A DNA stretch of 48,520 bases from Octopus bimaculoides (GCF_001194135.2 NC_068986.1:8793218-8841737); one strand, 5' to 3'. Shown: positions 24,111 through 37,800, counted from the stretch's first letter. Notes: a model not told the origin generated them from the letters alone. A program made the numbers and translations.

Positions 24111-25000
24111 TATGTATGTATGTATGTATGTATGTATGTATGTCTCTTCTGTATTTAATCATTTAGATTCTTCCTCTGAAGAAGGAGCTGGTTTCTAGCA
24201 AAGATACAAAGCTCCATCTTTGGAGTGTTGATAGTTGAAAACAATGCCACATTTTAAACTTGTCAAAAATTCTCTATAGTTTTCCTGCCCCGCTTACATA
24301 TTGCATTTGTAATGTACGAGCCAGTTGGTTGATTTCTTTTTCTGAAAATCCAAACTTATCCAGACTGACAGTTAGGCATTTACTTACAAAGCCAATTGCT
24401 CCAATTATTACTGGTATAAATGTAAATTTGTAATCCGGATATAAAAGATGGAGGTTGTCCATAGTTAACTTTTTTCTGTTTGATTTTCAACAGGACAGCT
24501 GACCTCTATGACTGTACGTATTTTTTCTTGTCTGTCCCAATCAACAGTATCCAGCATGTTATGCTTACTCTTGACAGATGTTTTTATGGGAATGTTCCAC
24601 CAATATTCCTTGTACTGTTATTTGTGTACGTATTCAATAACAGCTAGATTCTCTATATTTATTCCAGGACAGTCTTTTTTCCAAATGGCATTGTATATCG
24701 TTTTTGCGATAGCGTCATGTCCCAGAGGGAGGCAGTACCTTGATGACATTTTTGGTCAGCTGCTAATCACATGTGTGATGTCTTTCATAGAAATATGACA
24801 TAATCTACATTTATCTTGGAACTCCAAAGGCTTCGCTGTCTCTTCTGTTGATTAGATATTTAGTTGCAATCTTCTGTTCTTGGATTGAAAATGCACAGCC
24901 TTCGAAGTATAATGTGATGTAGCAGTCACGAGTCCAAGAGAGGCTTTGCTTTATGTTAATGTTCTTCAAATCTACGAGAAATATACCCATGGTCTTTTTT
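24111..25000 (-). mobile_element. 5'-truncated R4/Dong-type (RLE) non-LTR retrotransposon ending in (CATA)n
   Basis: On the - strand: SLSWTRD..FEGCAFSIQEQKIATKYL; CCHC knuckle KCRLCHISMKDITHVISS*P..HDAIAKTIY; RLE-like EYWWNIPIKTS..KHNMLDTVDWD..IEVSCP; FIPVIIGAIGFV. 3' UTR, then (CATA)8 at 24111-24142. Confidence 0.82.
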
Positions 25001-25529
25001 TTTGGTATGCTGAGCGTTTCATTTCCAGGTCTTCTTTGAGGTATGCTTGTCCAGCTGTTTTGAAGTAGTATGGGTGGTCATCAGAAAAAAGAGTAATTCC
25101 CGAGAAGCTCGCTTCCAATACGTAAGATATTGTTTTCTTCACTTGTCACGTGTTATTTATTTTTTCTGCTGTTGTTTAGCAAGTGCTGTCTGAGAGAGAC
25201 TACGCGACATTCAAAGGCTGTCTGCACTGATCGCAAGCTCCTACCTCTTTTATCTCGGTTAGAGCCTGAAAATGCTTGGATTTCAAAGTTCCACACCCAT
25301 TTAATATCTTGCCAAAAATATCTGAGAGACCTACATGGAGTTGGGATAGATGTCTCTAAGAACCAACTCGATCTTCTGCTGCCCAAGATCTCAGGTGAAC
25401 CTAAATCGCAGTAAGACACTCAAAAGAGGGAACCAGTATCAACTTACCTCCTTTACCAAAAGCCAACCACATGCGAATGGATATTAAAAAAGTGATGATA
25501 CTGGCGGTGCCCCAGCATGGCCACAGCCT

Positions 25530-25957
25530 TTGGACCTCTCCCCAGTACATATGGTTTCTACTGAATGCCATCCTGTACCACAGTTCTGACTGTCCACTCT
25601 GACTCTTGAAGTTCTTTGACAATGGATCTCATTGAAGTTTTGGGGATCATCAATAATGTCTTGAACCTGTTGGATGAATTCTGAAGTCTTTAGAGTGTCT
25701 GAACATTTAGAATGTTTCTTTTTCCTCTTTGATACAATAGAAGCAGTCCTGCCAGAAAATTCCAATTCCATCCAAACTTTGTACAAAAAAAATCTGGCAA
25801 CATTTGGCAATTTCTAAATTGCTGCGTCCTGCACTCATAGCAAAAATAACTGCATGTCTTTTCCTTTCTTGTGTTAGTATCTTATTTGTCATGAGGAATC
25901 CGAAAGAAATAAAAACCATTTCATTAGTTTGAAGAGAGTAATGTATATTGATAATCA
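25530..25957 (-). mobile_element. Tc1/mariner transposase 5' relic (DNA-binding HTH region)
   Basis: Frameshifted segments LTQERKRHAVIFAMSAGRSNLEIAK / NVARFFLYKV..KRKKKHSKCSDTLKTSEFIQQVQDIIDD / SMRSIVKELQESEWTVRTVVQDGIQ*KPYV. Confidence 0.8.
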
Positions 25958-26146
25958 NNNNNNNNNNTATATATGCATATGATTTTGAGTAAATATTTTT
26001 ATTGTAAAAATACTTTTCAATATCCTTTCATAGAGATGAATAAGGCCGTTTGTTGACAATTTATTTTATTAATGTATATAGTATATTCTGGGTATTTATT
26101 TACTAACTGCACGTGCTTCACACGAATCCACACACACACACGGAGT

Positions 26147-26177
<31 letters not shown>

Positions 26178-27270
26178 ACACAAATACAAACACAAACACA
26201 CACGTGCGCGCGCATGCTCAATGAGCAACAGTTATTCCGCATTTATAAAATATTTACAGAGAGAAAATGAAATTCGTTCGATAAGTTTAGCAGCCATTCT
26301 CAAATGTTTTGCATTGTTTTTGTGGTGATATTATCAGTCATCAAATTCTGTATTCGCCATTGTAGATGGCACTCATCCAGTCGAGCAATTACAGGAAGCA
26401 CAAAGATAAAACAAACCACGAAAATATATATAAATAAATCTGCCTCTGCTGATGGCAAACAAACTCGGGAAACGTAATAAATGACACTGCCAATTGGCAC
26501 TCATAGAATATGTTTACTCTGAATATAAACTTCGGGGGGAAAAACACAACGGGAGACAGCTGAAGTTTACTGCATTTGAATATAATCTGCACAATATCAT
26601 AATGTTATCAGTTGAAGATTTAGTGAAGGTCAAAAATGGGTCAGATTTTAACCAGACGATTGTGAAAGACGTAATGTGAGCGATGAATCATCACTTATCT
26701 GTTCTGTCAAAGGTAGACAATTGTATTTCGATTGAAGTCGCATCAGAACAAAGATTTTAGAAACTATTAATTTGTGATTTATTTTTGAAGTGTTGGACAG
26801 AGATAAAAATAGCTCTGCCAGTTCGAAACGTAAATTACCTGATTGGCAAATTATGTCGCAGAGGCGGAAGCCGAATAAATCAACAGCGAAACCTTTGGCA
26901 CTGTTTATGAAGAAATGTAGTTTTTGTCCCCCGTTACTCACACTAATAGCACATCATCTACACACCTTAATTACTGCTTAATTAATAAGTTAGAAAATCA
27001 TGCATTTCAAAAGTTTTCGCTTCCTTCATTCATAGATTTTATCACTTTGTACTGGTAATGTTCGTTTATTAACGTATGTTTTTGTGTTTTCACCAGAGTA
27101 ATGGTCCTAAAGCAGTAACCGCACTGTTTTGTGGTGGATACAATGAAAGTTTTCCTATTGAGAGACATCAGAGCCATGATATGGCACTTCTGGGAAATAT
27201 TTGAGCTTCACTGAATTTGTCAAATAGCATTATATAAACTCGTATCCAAACACAAATATAACATTTTAAC

Positions 27271-27393
27271 AACTCCGAAAGGATGAAAGGCAAAGTCGAT
27301 ATCGGCAGAATTTGAACTCAGAACGTAGCGACGGATGAAATACCATTAAGCATTTTGCCCGGTGCTGTAATAATTCTGCCATCTCGCTGCCTT
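27271..27393 (-). mobile_element. SINE family A, 5' half
   Basis: ccgaaaggatgaaaggcaaagtcga..gaatttgaactcagaacgtagcgacgg..ttctgccatctcgctgcct. Confidence 0.85.
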
Positions 27394-27510
27394 AATACGG
27401 GTAAATATTAAGAGGAGAATAAGAGAAAAAATCCGCCTGTAAGGGAATTTGAAGTTGGAGAAACATTTTTTTTCTAATCTCTAGATTTTGTGGCAAAATC
27501 TGTTTGTAAG

Positions 27511-27890
27511 AGGAGCTGTGTGGTAAGGAACTTGCTTCTCAACTACATGGTTCTGGGTTCAGTCCCACTGCGTGGCACCTTGGGCAAGTCTTTTGAGTAG
27601 ATTTGATAGATGGAAACTGAAAGAAGCCCGTCGTATATATTATATATATGTGTGTGTTTGCGTGTGTCTTTGTGTCTGTGTTTGTTCCCCCCATCACCAC
27701 TTGACAACCGGTGTTGGTCTGTTTACGTCCCCGTAACTTAGCAGTTCGACAAAAGTGACCGATAGAATAAGTACTAAGCTTAGAAAAGGAGTCATGGGTG
27801 TGGGGGAGGGGTCACTTTGTTCGACTAAAACCCTTTAAAGCGGTGCTCCAGCATGGCTGCAGTCACATGACTGAAATTAGCAAAAGAATA
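27511..27890 (+). mobile_element. SINE family B, near full length
   Basis: tRNA-like head aggagctgtgtggtaag..gggttcagtcccactgcgtggcaccttgggcaag, internal (TG)n, and 3' gcggtgctccagcatggctgcagtc..tgactgaaa. Confidence 0.9.
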
Positions 27891-29929
27891 TCTATCTGTT
27901 GATCTACTTGTGTCAACACCTTTCCTTCTCCCCTTGTCGTTTGTAATCTGTGTAAGTTGGATCCATTAATATAAATATCGAGATATTCATACTTAAATAT
28001 TCATCGTCTGAATATCTCCATTCTTTGCGTTCTTTCGTTTTGCATGTATACTTGTGGACATATTTTGTATTTCATACCAAACTAATAGATTTAATGTATT
28101 TAATTTGCTTATCCGCATAATTGCCTCCATCCCTCTCTCTGTCTCTGTCTGTCTGTCTATACATCTCTCTATCTCTCCCCCCCTCTCTCTCTCTGTATAT
28201 ATATATATATATATATATATGTTTTATCTTAATAACTGACGAGATGCCGGAGTAGATTTCCGCCCCGACATCCGAGAACTCGGAGTTTTATTATGGTAAC
28301 CGAATAATTGTCACATATCATATTTATAGATAAATTCCTCTATTTACCTACTATCGAGGTCTCATTCATTCTTTTGTTGTCATATTATTACTATTGATAT
28401 TATATATATANNNNNNNNNNNNNNNNNNNNNNNNNNNNNNNNNNNNNNNNNNNNNNNNNNNNNNNNNNNNNNNNNNNNNNNNNNNNNNNNNNNNNNNNNN
28501 NNNNNNNNNNNNNNNNNNNNNNNNNNNNNNNNNNNNNNNNNNNNNNNNNNNNNNNNNNNNNNNNNNNNNNNNNNNNNNNNNNNNNNNNNNNNNNNNNNNN
28601 NNNNNNNNNNNNNNNNNNNNNNNNNNNNNNNNNNNNNNNNNNNNNNNNNNNNNNNNNNNNNNNNNNNNNNNNNNNNNNNNNNNNNNNNNNNNNNNNNNNN
28701 NNNNNNNNNNNNNNNNNNNNNNNNNNNNNNNNNNNNNNNNNNNNNNNNNNNNNNNNNNNNNNNNNNNNNNNNNNNNNNNNNNNNNNNNNNNNNNNNNNNN
28801 NNNNNNNNNNNNNNNNNNNNNNNNNNNNNNNNNNNNNNNNNNNNNNNNNNNNNNNNNNNNNNNNNNNNNNNNNNNNNNNNNNNNNNNNNNNNNNNNNNNN
28901 NNNNNNNNNNNNNNNNNNNNNNNNNNNNNNNNNNNNNNNNNNNNNNNNNNNNNNNNNNNNNNNNNNNNNNNNNNNNNNNNNNNNNNNNNNNNNNNNNNNN
29001 NNNNNNGAAATCACTATGAATTTATGCACTCAGCCGAGATGACCAAATGTGAGAAGTGATGTTGCAGATTTAGGGAGAAGGTTTGATTGAGATTGTGCGG
29101 GAATTTGAAAACATGAACTTGTAGTCAAATTTTTCAGAGTTACACTAGAACTGGTTCGTTCATACCAATTTTACTGTCTGTGATAACTGAATCCAGTTCG
29201 TTGCTCATGGAGATTTAACTCTTCTATTAATATGCCGGAACTGAAACATTCACAGGAGCTCTACGTAGAAATGCTGGTGATGAAATTTATCAAGATCTTA
29301 CATTTATTAAAAGTCGTAAATTTACCAAAATTCCTGCATTGACGCCATGACAGTTTTATAGTAACTTTAACTATGAATATGGTAACAACGCTAGTTCTTA
29401 TGAACCTTTAATGACCAGAAGCAATAAAGATGTCTTTGAGTGAATTCTTATGAGATAGTGTAATGAGCATCGCGTAGGAATATTGAAAGGAAACTTTTCT
29501 GCCAAATACACGACCATGCAGAAAGACCAGATCTGAAAAATTTGGTCGTTGCTCCAGCTATGGCACAAAGAAAATTCACCATAAAATAACTATGGAAGCA
29601 CTGCAAGTCGCATGAAGACGTCCAAACTGTGGTGCTTAGTTGCTGAAGCGGTAAATTGACCGGGAGACTCTAAATGTTTGGTTTGCGTCGCATAATCTTC
29701 TAAGAATAACTTTTACACCAGGTAAAAACAATGATAAATGAGGATCAAGCTAGGATCAACGCAAAGATATTCCGCTGGCCATCTGGGAAGATACAGATTT
29801 GCTCAAGATTAGATCAAGTCAATATATATGTTGTGCATATAGGATTTTTCTTTGAGTCTAATTTAAGTTCTTCACAAAAGAGTTCCAGCCGGTTGTTAAC
29901 AAAGCAAAAAGATCTTTTGATTTAAAAGA

Positions 29930-30170
29930 GTTCCCCGTGTTTGTGAATATGTGGGTCAGTTGATGTGTTGGTTCAACTGTTGATGCAGACACCAAAGTGT
30001 GTGCATCTGTTCACATAAGGATCTCACATGGAAGATTTTTGGAATGTCTTACACATCTTCACTGTGCCACTAATAGATTGGATTTGGAGAATTCGCCTCA
30101 GTTTCTTTTGTTCTTTTCCCGTGAAACCGAGTATTTCTAGGTTTTTGTGCAAATTTGTCGGTACCGTACT
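29930..30170 (-). mobile_element. 3' end of an R4/Dong-type element related to 24111-25000
   Basis: VPTNLHKNLEILGFTGKEQKKLRRILQIQSISGTVKMCKTFQK aligns with FVSKCLTVSLDKFGFSEKEINQLARTLQMQYVSGAGKL at 24274-24400. Confidence 0.7.
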
Positions 30171-30174
30171 TCAG

Positions 30175-30640
30175 AGTGAGGAGAGTGTACGGGAGCTGAG
30201 AGATTCTTCTGTCATACGAAGATCAAATCTATCTTCAGTGATTTCTGTGGCGAGGAATCGGATGAAGGAAAGACTTGTAAGACAGAAGGTAACAGGCATT
30301 TTTAGTAGAGAATCATTGACGTATCACAGACCTAATTTAAGGAAAGAGCGATGTCTCAGTCAGCGAAAAGGAAATAGGGGTGAGGTAAGCGGGAGAATGA
30401 TAGTGTAGACAGGTATAGAAATAATGGAAGTATACGGAGGAGGAGGAGGGGGAAAAGGAGAGAATAAGGTTAGGTGGCTTGAAGAGAAGCTTCAAGCAAA
30501 TTGTTTGCGAATGTGTTGCGATGCACGATTTAAGAAGAATGAGATGTTTCGGATGGTACAACAGTAGGTCAGATTTAGGACATCGTTGGTTAAAAGTCTG
30601 GTCAGAATAATAGCCGTGTACTCTCCTCATCTCATCACAT
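30175..30640 (-). mobile_element. Probable Penelope-like ORF N-terminal relic
   Basis: TPISFSLTE followed by frameshifted LxLGL and FDLR..EE segments resemble the Penelope N-terminal pattern TIP.D.PLT..E.S.L.KGL.F.P....F..R.D.EEF. Heavily decayed. Confidence 0.45.
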
Positions 30641-30656
30641 CGAGAGAGAAAGAGTA

Positions 30657-30687
<31 letters not shown>

Positions 30688-31296
30688 AGAGAGGGAGGGA
30701 GAGAGAGATAGAGAGAGATAGAGAGAGGGGGAGATAGTAACAGAGAAAGTTGTAACAAGCAATTAACTAATTAAGCAATGAGTAGGCTGAGATGAGCAGT
30801 AGTTCAGTTGCATAAAATAATTACCAGTTGCCGATGTACTGGTCATATCACATGACTTCAGCTGACCAAGAGCAACGATCTTCACTTATCATCCTATGAT
30901 AGTCGGCCTTGTTTAGGAGCCGGAGCCGCCTCACCACTCAGTTTTATCGGATCCGAGCGATCAAATATGATTTTTGAGTCAGTGAAACTTTTAACGATTA
31001 AAATACTGAATCAAACTGTTAACAGAAAACATGTGTTGAGTGCTCTTGCCTTTGGTTTGAAGACATACCTGTGTGTATATGTTTGTATGACTGTGTGTGT
31101 GTGTATGCTTGTAGTGTGTGTGTGTGTGTGTGTGTGTGATGTGTGCGTGTGTGTGTGATGTATGTGTGTGCGTGGTGTGTGCATGTGTGTGTGTATGCCC
31201 GTATGACGAATAGTAACTTTTAAAAATGTCACTTTTGATTAGGAGAACAGTTATTGTTTAATTTGATTCTCAACCACGAAGTGGAAAATTAATCAT

Positions 31297-31390
31297 CGTC
31301 ATCATCGTCATCGTCATCATCATCATCATCGTCGTCGTCGTCAACAACAGCAACAACGACAACAACAAAAATCATCATCATCAGCAGCAG
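31297..31390. repeat. Compound trinucleotide repeat (CAT/CGT/CAA/CAG)
   Basis: Directly visible. Confidence 0.9.
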
Positions 31391-33933
31391 TAATATCGTA
31401 AACGGTCTAGCTCTCCCAATGTTTATATGATCGGCTATTTAATAGAAAATTGATCAAACTGAACGATTCTAACAGTAAAGAAACTAAATATTTATCGAGC
31501 TGCTATGATTGCATGTCCAACTGAAGTGTGAAGAATTTGAGACAATTAAGAAAAGATTCAGCTGCGACGACTTTTGACTTTGGAATTGTTTCTTCAAAGA
31601 ACAAAAGACGGTGATGTTGCAGGAAGAGAATAACTCTCAAGATATCGTTGACTTCCTAACAGACTAAAAACAGGATGTTACCAAGCAGATGTTTGGGAAT
31701 CACTTCTTCAACAATTTCTCAACTTTTAAGCATCGAACTTGGAGTAGAAAGAAAATAGATCCTTTTAATTGGAATCTTCAGCTTCAAAGGAATTCAACCG
31801 CCTTCAAGTAATTTTTTTCTTCTTCGTTTTATTTTGCGCTTCCAGAAGTTTTAGCTTCTTTAAATTATTTGTTTGTTTTATTTGTTTACTTCCAAACTCG
31901 GTAAATTTTAATAGAAATAAATTAAATGAAAACCATACGCTCCAATTTAGTATTCCGTTATCAATTTTGTCTATTTTAAGACTGAAAATAAAATATACTT
32001 CTCATCAAAAACATTCAATATTTTAGCTATAAATAGAGATCAGCTGAAATGCCTGAGGTGATGGAGCACTAAGTTAATTACACTAATTAGTTTTATCTCA
32101 CTCTCTTCCGAGTTCAAATTCTTTAGTTTCACATCTCCTGGGTCAATAAAACTATAATGACGCCAATTTAATCGACATTTCCATTAAAACAATTAGCTTC
32201 GCGTCTCAAAATTTTATTTTATATTCTCAAGCGTTACCCGTCATGTGACGATGGGTAACTCTGGAGATATACATATACACAGCCCATGGGGGAAATCGGA
32301 GAATACGGCATATATACAATAATTTAAATTTTATCAAATTTCTTTGCGCTTATAAAAAAATGACGAAATGAATACTAATTTTCAAAAGAAAAATATTCAT
32401 TATCTAAAAAGAGAATTTAAATAACACAAGTTACTTATTTGTATAACTCTTCCTATGACTACTCTTTCATTTATTCCTCCTCCTCCGCCTCCAGTCTCTA
32501 TGATTCTCTCTCATCATTCATCCTGCACCTCTTACATTAATTATCTTTCTATCTCTCTTTAACTTTCTGCAGCCTCGCTCTATGCAACGTAAGATGTGAC
32601 TGGAGATGTCAACCAATCAGACTAACTAACATCTAAATAATCGCCTGCAATTATTTTAGAGTTTATCGGAGTGTGATCCAGTTTTGAAATCTGGTTAGAA
32701 ATATTTTCATTTTCTTTACTTCACCAAAGAATCTGAAAATAATGAAACATGCTATACCTCCATTTTCCATGCTTTATAAGATCGTTATCTTTCATCTAGT
32801 CAAAAGATTTTTAAAAAATCCTTATTTACAAATATTTGTAGTTTTAATCCAATAAATTTTCCCATTTTTGCCTTTTTTAAAATCTATTTTACAAATTAAA
32901 ACAGAATATTTTAATCTTTGGTTGACATCGAATTCGTTACAAATATTTATCATTCGGAGGGTCTTCCTTGATCATATCCACTCCGCCACAACAAACGCTA
33001 CAAGAAAAGAATCATCTCAAGAATATTTAAGTTCTTATTTACTATTGACAGCGATTATGAAAGTAAATCTAGATTTACAAGATTTACTGAGCTCCATCTT
33101 CATTATTCTATGTTGTTACTATTTTATATTTCATTGACTCAATTGTGGTTCTAATGGTTTCTTCTAGAATAATTATTGCAATTATAAAAAGTTAATCCAT
33201 CGTACACTTCTTCCTTGTCTTCGGCACTTTGATGAAACCTAGATCTCACCTCCAGATTTTATTAAGACTTAATTCCCATATCACAATTCCTCTCTGAGAA
33301 AGAACTGTCTTTTCGTCTAGCGAAATCCGGGCTTCACATTATATTCAAACTTAATTATGAAAAACGACGTTTAAACTTTTGCAAACTAAGAATTACTTGA
33401 GTTCAACGTCTCTCTAAGTGTATATGACATTTATAATGTTGTCTGAAATCTTCAAGCGGTAAACAGTTATTAGACTATGTCTCGTCGTACATTCCTGATA
33501 ACAATCTCCCCTCTTTCTGTCTCTGACATCGACTTTGTAGACTTTGTAGACATTAGTTGTACAGAGACCGAATATTTTGCTATTTCGACCACTCTGTACC
33601 AATTAGTTTCCTTATCAATTTGTATTCCTCACCACTACACCGAAACTCCAGTCATTCTTCCTCACAACCAATCACCGCCTTTGACCTGCTAAGAATCAAA
33701 GGAAAGCAACTCACAGTTTCCTCCACCCCCTCTCACCTGATCCAGAATCCTATTGGTTGGATGTGCTTTGCCAGTTTTATGCTAATTAATTGTGACGGAA
33801 ATTATACTTCATTCCTTCCCCCATCCACCCGAGATAACATCTTAGTTATTCCCTTCACATCTTTTAAGCCACTTAAAACCAAACTCTTGCAAAAAAAAAG
33901 CAAGAAAAAAAAAAAGATTGCAAGGAGTTCATC

Positions 33934-34074
33934 AATCAGATTGTGTGGTGTTTGAGCGTTTACTAAGAAGGTTGGTGGTATGAAATATCAAAAATTGATT
34001 TAAACCGAGAATGGTAACATCCTTGCAGACTTCACTGAGTGCGGACGCATCCCGTGATCCCTGATGCATAAAAA
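33934..34074. repeat. Left arm of a 141-bp inverted repeat (partner 36178-36318)
   Basis: Ungapped reverse-complement alignment with 17 mismatches in 141 bp by eye (~88%). Confidence 0.92.
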
Positions 34075-34129
34075 AATACTCTGTGTCTGTAGTTCAGAGG
34101 AAGAATATTGCCTACAACAGCTGCAGTAT

Positions 34130-34395
34130 CTTTCCACCCGATCTACCCGTTTCTCATTCCTTCACCCCTCCACATCTGTTACCTTGTGCAATTTAACTTC
34201 TACACATTTTCAGTGCCATGCTAATCAATCTTCTGCCATTCCCGATTTTGTTGTGTTTTCCCTCCTACTACAGGTGCAGGGAATGCTACATTTCTCTCAT
34301 ATTTTAGTCTCTTGGGTAGGTTTAACACTGTTGACATAATATCGAGTGTAGTGATATTTCCCTTCACTGTTCCAATGTTACATTTGCCAGAGAAC
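34130..34395 (-). mobile_element. Possible decayed LINE APE N-terminus
   Basis: NIGTVKG and WRGEG-like segments on the - strand. Weak. Confidence 0.3.
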
Positions 34396-34402
34396 CAGAC
34401 TC

Positions 34403-34746
<344 letters not shown>

Positions 34747-35675
34747 GTTAATGTAGACGAGAAGTACACCCATCAGTAGCTGCGGAGCTCAGGGCTAAAG
34801 GTAGAGAGTGAAGGCTTTATCTTAGTTGTTCAAGATTAGAGCTTATTGCCCCGGAACTATCAAGCCAATGTGATGAGGAATAGGGCTGATCGAAAGTGCC
34901 GATACTGCAACGATGCGACTTAAACAGTGGACCACCTAATCTCTGGGTGTAAGGTTTTAGCATCTGTAGAGTACAAATGAATACATGACAAAGTTGGCCA
35001 ATGTCTACATTGGATAATGTGTCGACATTATATAATCAAAACTGCTGACAAATGGGCTGTTACTGAGGAAGAAAATGTAATGATTCTTTGGGATTTCCCA
35101 GTATAAACAGACCGGACCATCAAAGCTAATAAACCAGATATTGTTGTGAAAGACAAAAGCAATAAAGTCTGTTTATTGATTGACATGAGCATACTTTGTG
35201 ATCATAATATCTCGGCAAAAGAATTTGATAAGCTCAGAAAATATAAAGATCTGTTAATCGATATCGAAAAGATATGGCATCTCAAGACGGTTACAATACC
35301 ATTGATTCTAGGAGCAGTTGGAATGATCAAAAAAGGAACTGAAAATTGTTTAGGAATGATCCCTGGTTTATCATCTATGCAGGAAGTGCAAAAGATTGTT
35401 TTCACTGGTAACTGGTCATACGTATTAAGAAGAGCATTGTCCCTGTGAATTTTCTTTCCCTTTTTCCCCTTTATTTTTTGTTTCTTTTTTCTCTTTTCCT
35501 TTTCCTCTCCGTCTTTCTTCCTCTTTTTCTCTATCACATTTCTTTGTTAATGAACAATCTGGTGTGTTTATTTTAATGGCCTACCAATGTGTACAATGCG
35601 TTTCTCTGCTGTAGGTGTTAGAAAGACTCTAGGCAAGAAATGGAAACAAAATTGAAAAAAAGAAGATGCTAATGA

Positions 35676-35676
<1 letters not shown>
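34747..35676 (+). mobile_element. 5'-truncated Dong/R4-clade retrotransposon inserted in (TAA)n
   Basis: LRSSGLKVESEGFILVVQD; CCHC KCRYCNDAT*TVDHLISGC..HDKVGQCLHW; RLE ILWDF..TDRTIKANKPDIVVKDK..LLIDMS..KEFDKLRKYKDL..IEKIW..PLILGAVG; stop at 35446-35448; 3' UTR; (TAA)n on both sides. Confidence 0.92.
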
Positions 35677-35740
<64 letters not shown>

Positions 35741-35765
35741 GTAGTAGTAGTAGTAGTAGTAGTAA

Positions 35766-35815
<50 letters not shown>

Positions 35816-35818
35816 ATA
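35677..35818. repeat. (AAT)n-(GTA)n microsatellite
   Basis: Directly visible. Confidence 0.98.
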
Positions 35819-36177
35819 ACACATCAGAATCTGGTTTTAACGCCGTCTTATATTTGTTGGCCGACATAGTTTTCACGTGGTAAACTTCTTGTTTATAATT
35901 TTAGATTCTTAGAAATCGATCGTAATTTGAGTTGGCTGATATGCTTTTATGACCTCGTTTAATATCCCTGACTTGATTAAATTTTGTAAATCATAAGGAA
36001 TATTTATTTGGGTAAATTTTATTGCTGTCAGGAATTATAATAATTTTCAACTTCATATTATGAAATTATTTCCATTGTATTTATACACCATTTTACATAC
36101 TCTTTTATACACACATTTAATTTTTGGTTCTGGACTCGTCTCATTAAACCTTCAAACACATGTTGACACCGAAACGA

Positions 36178-36318
36178 TTTTTATGCATCAGAGCTCACGG
36201 GATGCGTCCGCATTCAGCGAAGCCTGCAAGGAGGTTACCATTCTCAGCTTAAATCAATTTTTGTTGTTTTATAACACCAACTTTCTTAGTAAGTTGTCAA
36301 ACACCACACAATCTGATT
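36178..36318. repeat. Right arm of the 141-bp inverted repeat
   Basis: See 33934-34074. Confidence 0.92.
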
Positions 36319-37620
36319 TTTTAAATCACATTTAGCTTTTTGGATCTTTGCATAATTAAGAAATTAGTTTTAACTGGAATTAAAGCGCCTAGTGAACCGT
36401 GTGTGCAAGTCTGTTTCGATCCCCAGTTGAAATCAATTTTTTGGGGACGTTAATTCTTCCTAGGAATAAACGAATCAAGCTTTACTTAGAAATTTATTTT
36501 CCTGTGTCTAAAAAAAGCAACTTTTTCCCAGACAATTGGGTGTTTTATATCCAACTCTTTGCTTCTCTTATTTTATTATCTCGTCCATGTTGTCAAGTAA
36601 CCAAACATTGATGATTTCACGAAGTATAATCAATGATTGCATTGTAAAGTGACATTTGCGGTTTGTTACAATAACAATTATTGTCAAGAATATCTTTTTA
36701 ACAGTTTCAATGAATGTAATTATTTCTTGGTAAAAATCGTTGAAAGAAAAACTGACAAAGAAATAATTTTGTTTTCAATGCACCATTTCGACGTCACAGT
36801 CTGCCAAGTGACTGTAAATAGGTAGCAATTATAGGTATATCTCATTAATTAATAGTACAACATCATTAAACATCGTGTGATTAGTTTACAGTAATGTGGT
36901 TGAACACCTCTCCTGGGCGTTGATCGAGATACGAAAGATAACATTCCGCTGTTTGTCACTGTTATTTGTAACTGGAGACAAATAACCAGAAATTTTAACT
37001 GTTCCAACCACACTTTAAAACGAATAAAAATTCAGAAGTCGTTACCACCGCCCCCCCACCACCAACAACATTGTGTTTCGCTCTCTTCATTGTTACTTGA
37101 GGAGGATTCCCTGATAAACACTTTTTTTCTCTCATTTCCTAAAGATGGCTAAACTGAAGAATTATCTGAAGTAGCACCATAACAAATATAAATGAATAAA
37201 TCACCGGATGTACAGGAAGATGATAGGACGAACGATGTGTTTATATCTGCTTTCTCTCCCCGCCCCTCTCCACACTTGTAATGATGCAATATGGTTTACT
37301 GTTGGATGATGACTACAATCAGAATAAAAGAGGAAACAAAGCAAAAAGGCCAGTTTTGTGCTGTTTGTTACTGGTCTGTGGTAGTCATTTAGTATTCATC
37401 ACAGGATTTAAGATAATTACTCGTCTATTGTTAATCACTTCTTATTGTAAATACCAGTTAATAGATCAGATAGTGCAAAAGATTTAATCGGAATAATAAT
37501 ATACAAAAGCAGATTAATGGGAAAAATGTTGAATGAAGGAAATACGTAGGATTTGCGACTTTCAATTGTTTCACGTCGGTTAGACTTAACATGTGTGTGT
37601 AGATACATAAACATACGTCT

Positions 37621-37623
37621 ATG

Positions 37624-37655
<32 letters not shown>

Positions 37656-37716
37656 CTTGCCTGTCTGCCTACCCACCTACCTACTTACCTACCTACTTAC
37701 CTACCTACCTATCTAC

Positions 37717-37790
<74 letters not shown>

Positions 37791-37800
37791 GTCTATCTGT
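37621..37800. repeat. Compound (TGCC)n-(TACC)n-(TATC)n microsatellite
   Basis: Directly visible. Confidence 0.96.

Noticed and set aside
24170-24225. CTGAAGA followed by a GGAGCT..AGCTCC stem
   Set aside because: No GAAA follows the stem, and it is antisense to the 3' UTR of the R4-type element.
25181-25395. 215-nt open + frame between AG and GT
   Set aside because: No recognisable protein and a weak donor (GTGAAC). The - strand loosely resembles an RTE C-terminus, so it is more likely a TE relic.
25448-25500. - strand donor GAG|GTAAGT with a 53-nt upstream segment
   Set aside because: The only acceptor lies in an antisense SINE-B tail with no pyrimidine tract.
30180-30290. LDLa-like + strand reading ECTGAERFFCHTKIKSIFSDFCGEESDEGKTCKTE with AG/GT borders (30239-30288)
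   Set aside because: It lacks two of the six LDLa cysteines and the DG motif, has a weak pyrimidine tract, and lies antisense to a probable Penelope relic. Probably chance; RNA-seq would settle it.
32076-32091. 16-mer taattacactaattag shared with the duplication arms
   Set aside because: An AT-rich 16-mer match is expected by chance at this window size.
31480-33900. Possible additional decayed TE coding relics (31600-31750, 33200-33900)
   Set aside because: Too eroded to assign a family or frame by eye.
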